From the NCBI RefSeq assembly GCF_018977255.1, contig NW_024704772.1:930001-994000 (forward strand): a stretch of 64,000 nt of DNA, written 5' to 3'. The position numbers and the translations under genes are program-made. The notes under the pieces are model-generated. The model was given only the letters and a program-made list of their open reading frames with translations. It searched no databases and had not been told where the DNA came from. This document shows, piece by piece, positions 59,884 to 64,000 of this stretch (position 1 is its first letter; each line of letters begins with the position of its first letter). This DNA comes from Callorhinchus milii. Lineage: Eukaryota.

Positions 59884-62800
59884 ATGGAGCTGTCAGCAAT
59901 AGGGGAGCAAGTGTTTGCTGTGGAGAACATCAGGAAGAAACGCATTAGGAAGGTACNNNNNNNNNNNNNNNNNNNNNNNNNNNNNNNNNNNNNNNNNNNN
60001 NNNNNNNNNNNNNNNNNNNNNNNNNNNNNNNNNNNNNNNNNNNNNNNNNNNNNNNNNNNNNNNNNNNNNNNNNNNNNNNNNNNNNNNNNTATAGAGGGTA
60101 TATATAGNNNNNNNNNNNNNNNNNNNNNNNNNNNNNNNNNNNNNNNNNNNNNNNNNNNNNNNNNNNNNNNNNNNNNNNNNNNNNNNNNNNNNNNNNNNNN
60201 NNNNNNNNNNNNNNNNNNNNNNNNNNNNNNNNNNNNNNNNNNNNNNNNNNNNNNNNNNNNNNNNNNNNNNNNNNNNNNNNNNNNNNNNNNNNNNNNNNNN
60301 NNNNNNNNNNNNNNNNNNNNNNNNNNNNNNNNNNNNNNNNNNNNNNNNNNNNNNNNNNNNNNNNNNNNNNNNNNNNNNNNNNNNNNNNNNNNNNNNNNNN
60401 NNNNNNNNNNNNNNNNNNNNNNNNNNNNNNNNNNNNNNNNNNNNNNNNNNNNNNNNNNNNNNNNNNNNNNNNNNNNNNNNNNNNNNNNNNNNNNNNNNNN
60501 NNNNNNNNNNNNNNNNNNNNNNNNNNNNNNNNNNNNNNNNNNNNNNNNNNNNNNNNNNNNNNNNNNNNNNNNNNNNNNNNNNNNNNNNNNNNNNNNNNNN
60601 NNNNNNNNNNNNNNNNNNNNNNNNNNNNNNNNNNNNNNNNGGGTATATATAGAGAGATCGAGAATGTATACTGTGTGTATATTATATATATATATAGAGA
60701 GAGAATATATATATTTAGAGGGTGTGTGTGTATATGTATAAAGAGAGAGAAAGGATATATATACGCACAGAGAGAGAATGTATATATCTAGAGAGAGATT
60801 ATGAGAGAATTATACATGTATAGTAAGATGGAGAGAGCATACTGTGTGTGTGTGTGTACACATATATATTGTATAATGTGTATATATGTATATATATATC
60901 GAGAGAGAGAGAGAGAGGTTGTGGCTATAGATGGGAATTTGCAAAGGCCTTGAAAAAACTTTTCAATGTGCATTTATTGATTTAAAATATATTACTATTT
61001 AATTTTTATCATGAATAAATAAATTCCATGTGCAGTGAAGTGAGTACCGGTTGGCTTTGCAAGGAGAAATTAAATTAAACGGACAATTTAGTGAGACATT
61101 AAAGCTCCCCCATGTAAGGGTGCTGTGTTTTTGTTTGGAACACTTCACTGGTATTATTGCTGGTTTTGTTCATCGGTTTCTCGGTAGCAATGAATCAATG
61201 GTGCAAAAAAAACGTGTGTGTTGCAAGTGTCAGAGATTGATGCAATGTAGTGCATTGCAGGAAAGAGAAAGGAGGGGGTGATCATTTTTGCAAATCCTTT
61301 TTACACATCGACACGTGTGTGTGTGTGTGTGTGTGTGTTTTATTTTTAAAATCTCTGTCATAATGAATTAACCATTATTTTTCTTATTGCCTCTGTGTCT
61401 TGAAGGATGAGTGTGTCAGCCATTGGGATAGATCGATAGATAGATAGAGAGAGGGAGAGAGAGAGAGGCAAATGGTAGCAATTTAACATGTGGATGCAGT
61501 GTGTGTGTGTCAATTTAAAATTTTAAATATTTTATTTAAAATAATAAATCTTGTTTTTTTTTGCAAAAAAATTGCAATAGAAAATTCTTGGTTTAAGGCC
61601 TCAAACGTTCCTATGAATTTAAGTGGGGAGGGTTATTTAAACAAGGCAATAGAATTAACGCTCTGTAAATGAATCCAACCACCCCACCCACCTCCTTTCT
61701 TCCTTCTCTTATACCCCACCCCCTTCCCCACACACCCACTCCCCTCCTCAAAGATTGCAATGATATTAAATGGACAATTTAATGGGACATTAAAGCCATG
61801 CTTTCAGCCACTGTGCCCTGTGACTCTGCCTCAATCCCTCTTCACATCACACCTGAAAACCTTCCTCTTCGACCGTACCTACGGTCACCTCCCCCATCTC
61901 TCTCTCTCTCTCTCTCTCTTCCCGGCTCCGTGTCAGGCTCCGCCACTGTTGAGCGCTCAGTGACCACTGCCCCATGTGAAGGGCGCTGTGTAAATGTAAA
62001 TGCAAATGTTGTCATTGTTGGTCAACATTAGTTAAACCAATTCAGATAGGCAACCCCCCCCCCCCCCACCACACCCACCCCAATCCCTGTTTATGTGTCA
62101 TTATTGCTGGTTGCCATGGCGGCTTTTTGTGTGTATGCGTGTGCGGAGCTTTGATCGTGCAGATTAATACCAATAATTGTTTTTACCTTAAAAAAAAACC
62201 ACGCACTCTCTTCAAAAGAGAGCGTTGGAATTCCACTGGAACCCAAATGCTTTGAGCATTCTCATAAGCCATGGACGGAGGGAGGGAGGGATGGGGAGTG
62301 AAGAGTAGAATGGTTGTTGGGATGGGTTTTTTTTTGGGTGGGAGGCGGGGGGGGGGGAAGGCAATTAATTCGGGGTGGAGAATCTCCTTGCCTCGACGAT
62401 TAACTTTCGAGACGCTTCCTTTTTCGTGTTGCTTTTTCGTGGCATATGGACTGTGAGGTCAAAGTACTGAAGTTGGCTCTTGGAATCCAGCAACAACAAC
62501 AACTTGCATTTAGGTGGCGCCCCTCACGTGGAATTTATTATTATTATTATTATCAGCCTCGCCGAGGTGGGAGCTCAACCAACTGAGCCAAAGCAGGTGG
62601 TTGGCAAGTTCAGAAAGTATTGCAAGTGTCAAGGTTTCCCTCTCACCCCTCCCTCCCTCCCTTTCTCTCTCTCTCTCTCCTCCCCCCTCGAGGAAAGCCT
62701 GTGTAGCGCCATGTCCAGGGAGGATTGTTTTTTTCGGGTTTCACGTGCTTGTTATGGTTGAGGACTTGTTTTGTTTCTGTGCACTCAGCGAATCGTTCTG

Positions 62801-63725
62801 GGGCTCGCAGGCAGGTAAACAGGAGGAAACTGACCTCCGGCTCCTGCTAAACCCTCACAATCAAATGAGGGTCGAGGGGAGTAATAGTAATAATGATCCT
62901 TGCATTTGATAGAGCGCCTTATGACGTCTTCTCAGGACAATGAGCCATGTTGTGCCCAGAGCAGGGGAGAAATTGGGTCAGGCTGTATGTGGCAATGGTT
63001 ATAAATAACTGGATACACAGAATATAGGGCGGTCGGGAAACACTTGCATCCAAGCGGGCGCCTGAATCCCGCCCGGTCTCAGCCTGTCTTCGGCGGACGT
63101 CGCTGCTGCATTTTGGTCGCTCGACAAACACACTCAAATTCGCTCCAGTTTCCGGTAAAGCACTTGGAGACGCTCGCCATCCCGATGCAGGGCACAACAT
63201 CGGACGTGAAGCGAGACTTAACGAAAATGGCCCTGAAGGGAGAAACGAGGATAATAATAATCCTGGCATTTGATGCAGCGTCTGATCACGTCGTCGAGAC
63301 GTCTCAAAGCGCTTCACAGGATATACCGTAAAGTGAATTGACTGTGGATTTTTGTGTAGGCGACTGTTTGTGGGGAAACCGCTGTACGCAATTGGCTGCC
63401 GAGTTTCGCCCACAAAATACACAGTGAATTCACTCTACAGTATAATCTGTGAGGCATTTTGAGACGTCATGTGAATAAGGCGCTGTATCAAATGCAAAGA
63501 TTATTATTGTGGCTCGATCCTCAATCGCTGGCCTCAGCCTTTACCGAGTGGGGAGGGGACGAGGGGTTGAGCTGGTGGTGGGGGGGGGGAAGAGCCTTGA
63601 TACCAAAGCTTCTGTTGCCCTGAAGTCAAAGCACTTCTTGTGTGATCTCATGTGAACCAGTTTCTTTGTGTTTGTTTTTAGGGCAGAGTGGAGTACCTTG
63701 TGAAGTGGAAAGGATGGCCCCCAAA
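59884..63725 (+). CDS. CBX7: Chromobox protein homolog 7 (Polycomb chromodomain), 5' partial
   Basis: Exon 59884-59952 encodes MELSAIGEQVFAVENIRKKRIRK and exon 63682-63725 encodes GRVEYLVKWKGWPP(K). IGEQVFAV and GWPPK are CBX7-type; CBX6 has VGERVFAA and GWAIK. The gene continues beyond the window. Confidence 0.88.
59957..60640. other. Assembly gaps (59957-60089 and 60108-60640) flanked by TA/GA microsatellite
   Basis: N bases. Confidence 1.
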
Positions 63726-64000
63726 GTAAGTACAGTCGGCCCAAATCTCAACCGTTTTCCCCCTCTCCCAACCTCCGCTGTTTGCCAATGTGTCTCTGTG
63801 TCTGTCTGTCTGTGTCTGTGTGTGTATGTGTTTGTGTCTCTCTTTCTCTGTGTCTGTCTGTCTCTTAGTTTCACCGACCCACTGTCTCAGATGTACCGCC
63901 AGACCCCCAGCTCGGGTGCAAATCCCTGACTGTCCAGCACCTTGGGACGTCCTCCCGATGTGAAAGGCGCCGTGTAAATGTAACCTGTTGTTGTTGTTGG

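Noticed and set aside
59884-63725. Assignment as CBX6, CBX4 or CBX8
   Set aside because: The diagnostic residues IGEQVFAV, IRKKR and GWPPK match CBX7.

Overview
This is vertebrate genomic DNA with spliced genes, not prokaryotic. The SacSINE1/DeuSINE-like SINEs and the L2/CR1 fragments suggest a cartilaginous fish, possibly a chimaera (inference). I reconstructed five protein-coding genes by hand, all with phase-consistent GT-AG exons: GRAP2/GADS (-), a full-length epsin (+), GTPBP1 (-), JOSD1 (+) and the first two exons of CBX7 (+). GRAP2 and the epsin are divergent, as are GTPBP1 and JOSD1. The gene set matches human 22q13.1, so the epsin sits where mammals have the degenerate ENTHD1. Introns are dense with two tRNA-derived SINE families sharing an L2-type tail, L2 and CR1 3' fragments, and microsatellites. 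There are three assembly gaps. Best leads: (1) an intact 'fourth' classical epsin at the ENTHD1 position; (2) a tandem-repeat-expanded GADS linker plus a candidate 9-nt microexon; (3) extra small exons near the GTPBP1 C-terminus; (4) a 20-bp-phased CRE array at the JOSD1 promoter; (5) a head-swapped SINE family; (6) a ~40-bp satellite in GTPBP1 intron 1. I found no convincing wholly new biological system. Most entries in the ORF track are spurious. Repeat coordinates are approximate.
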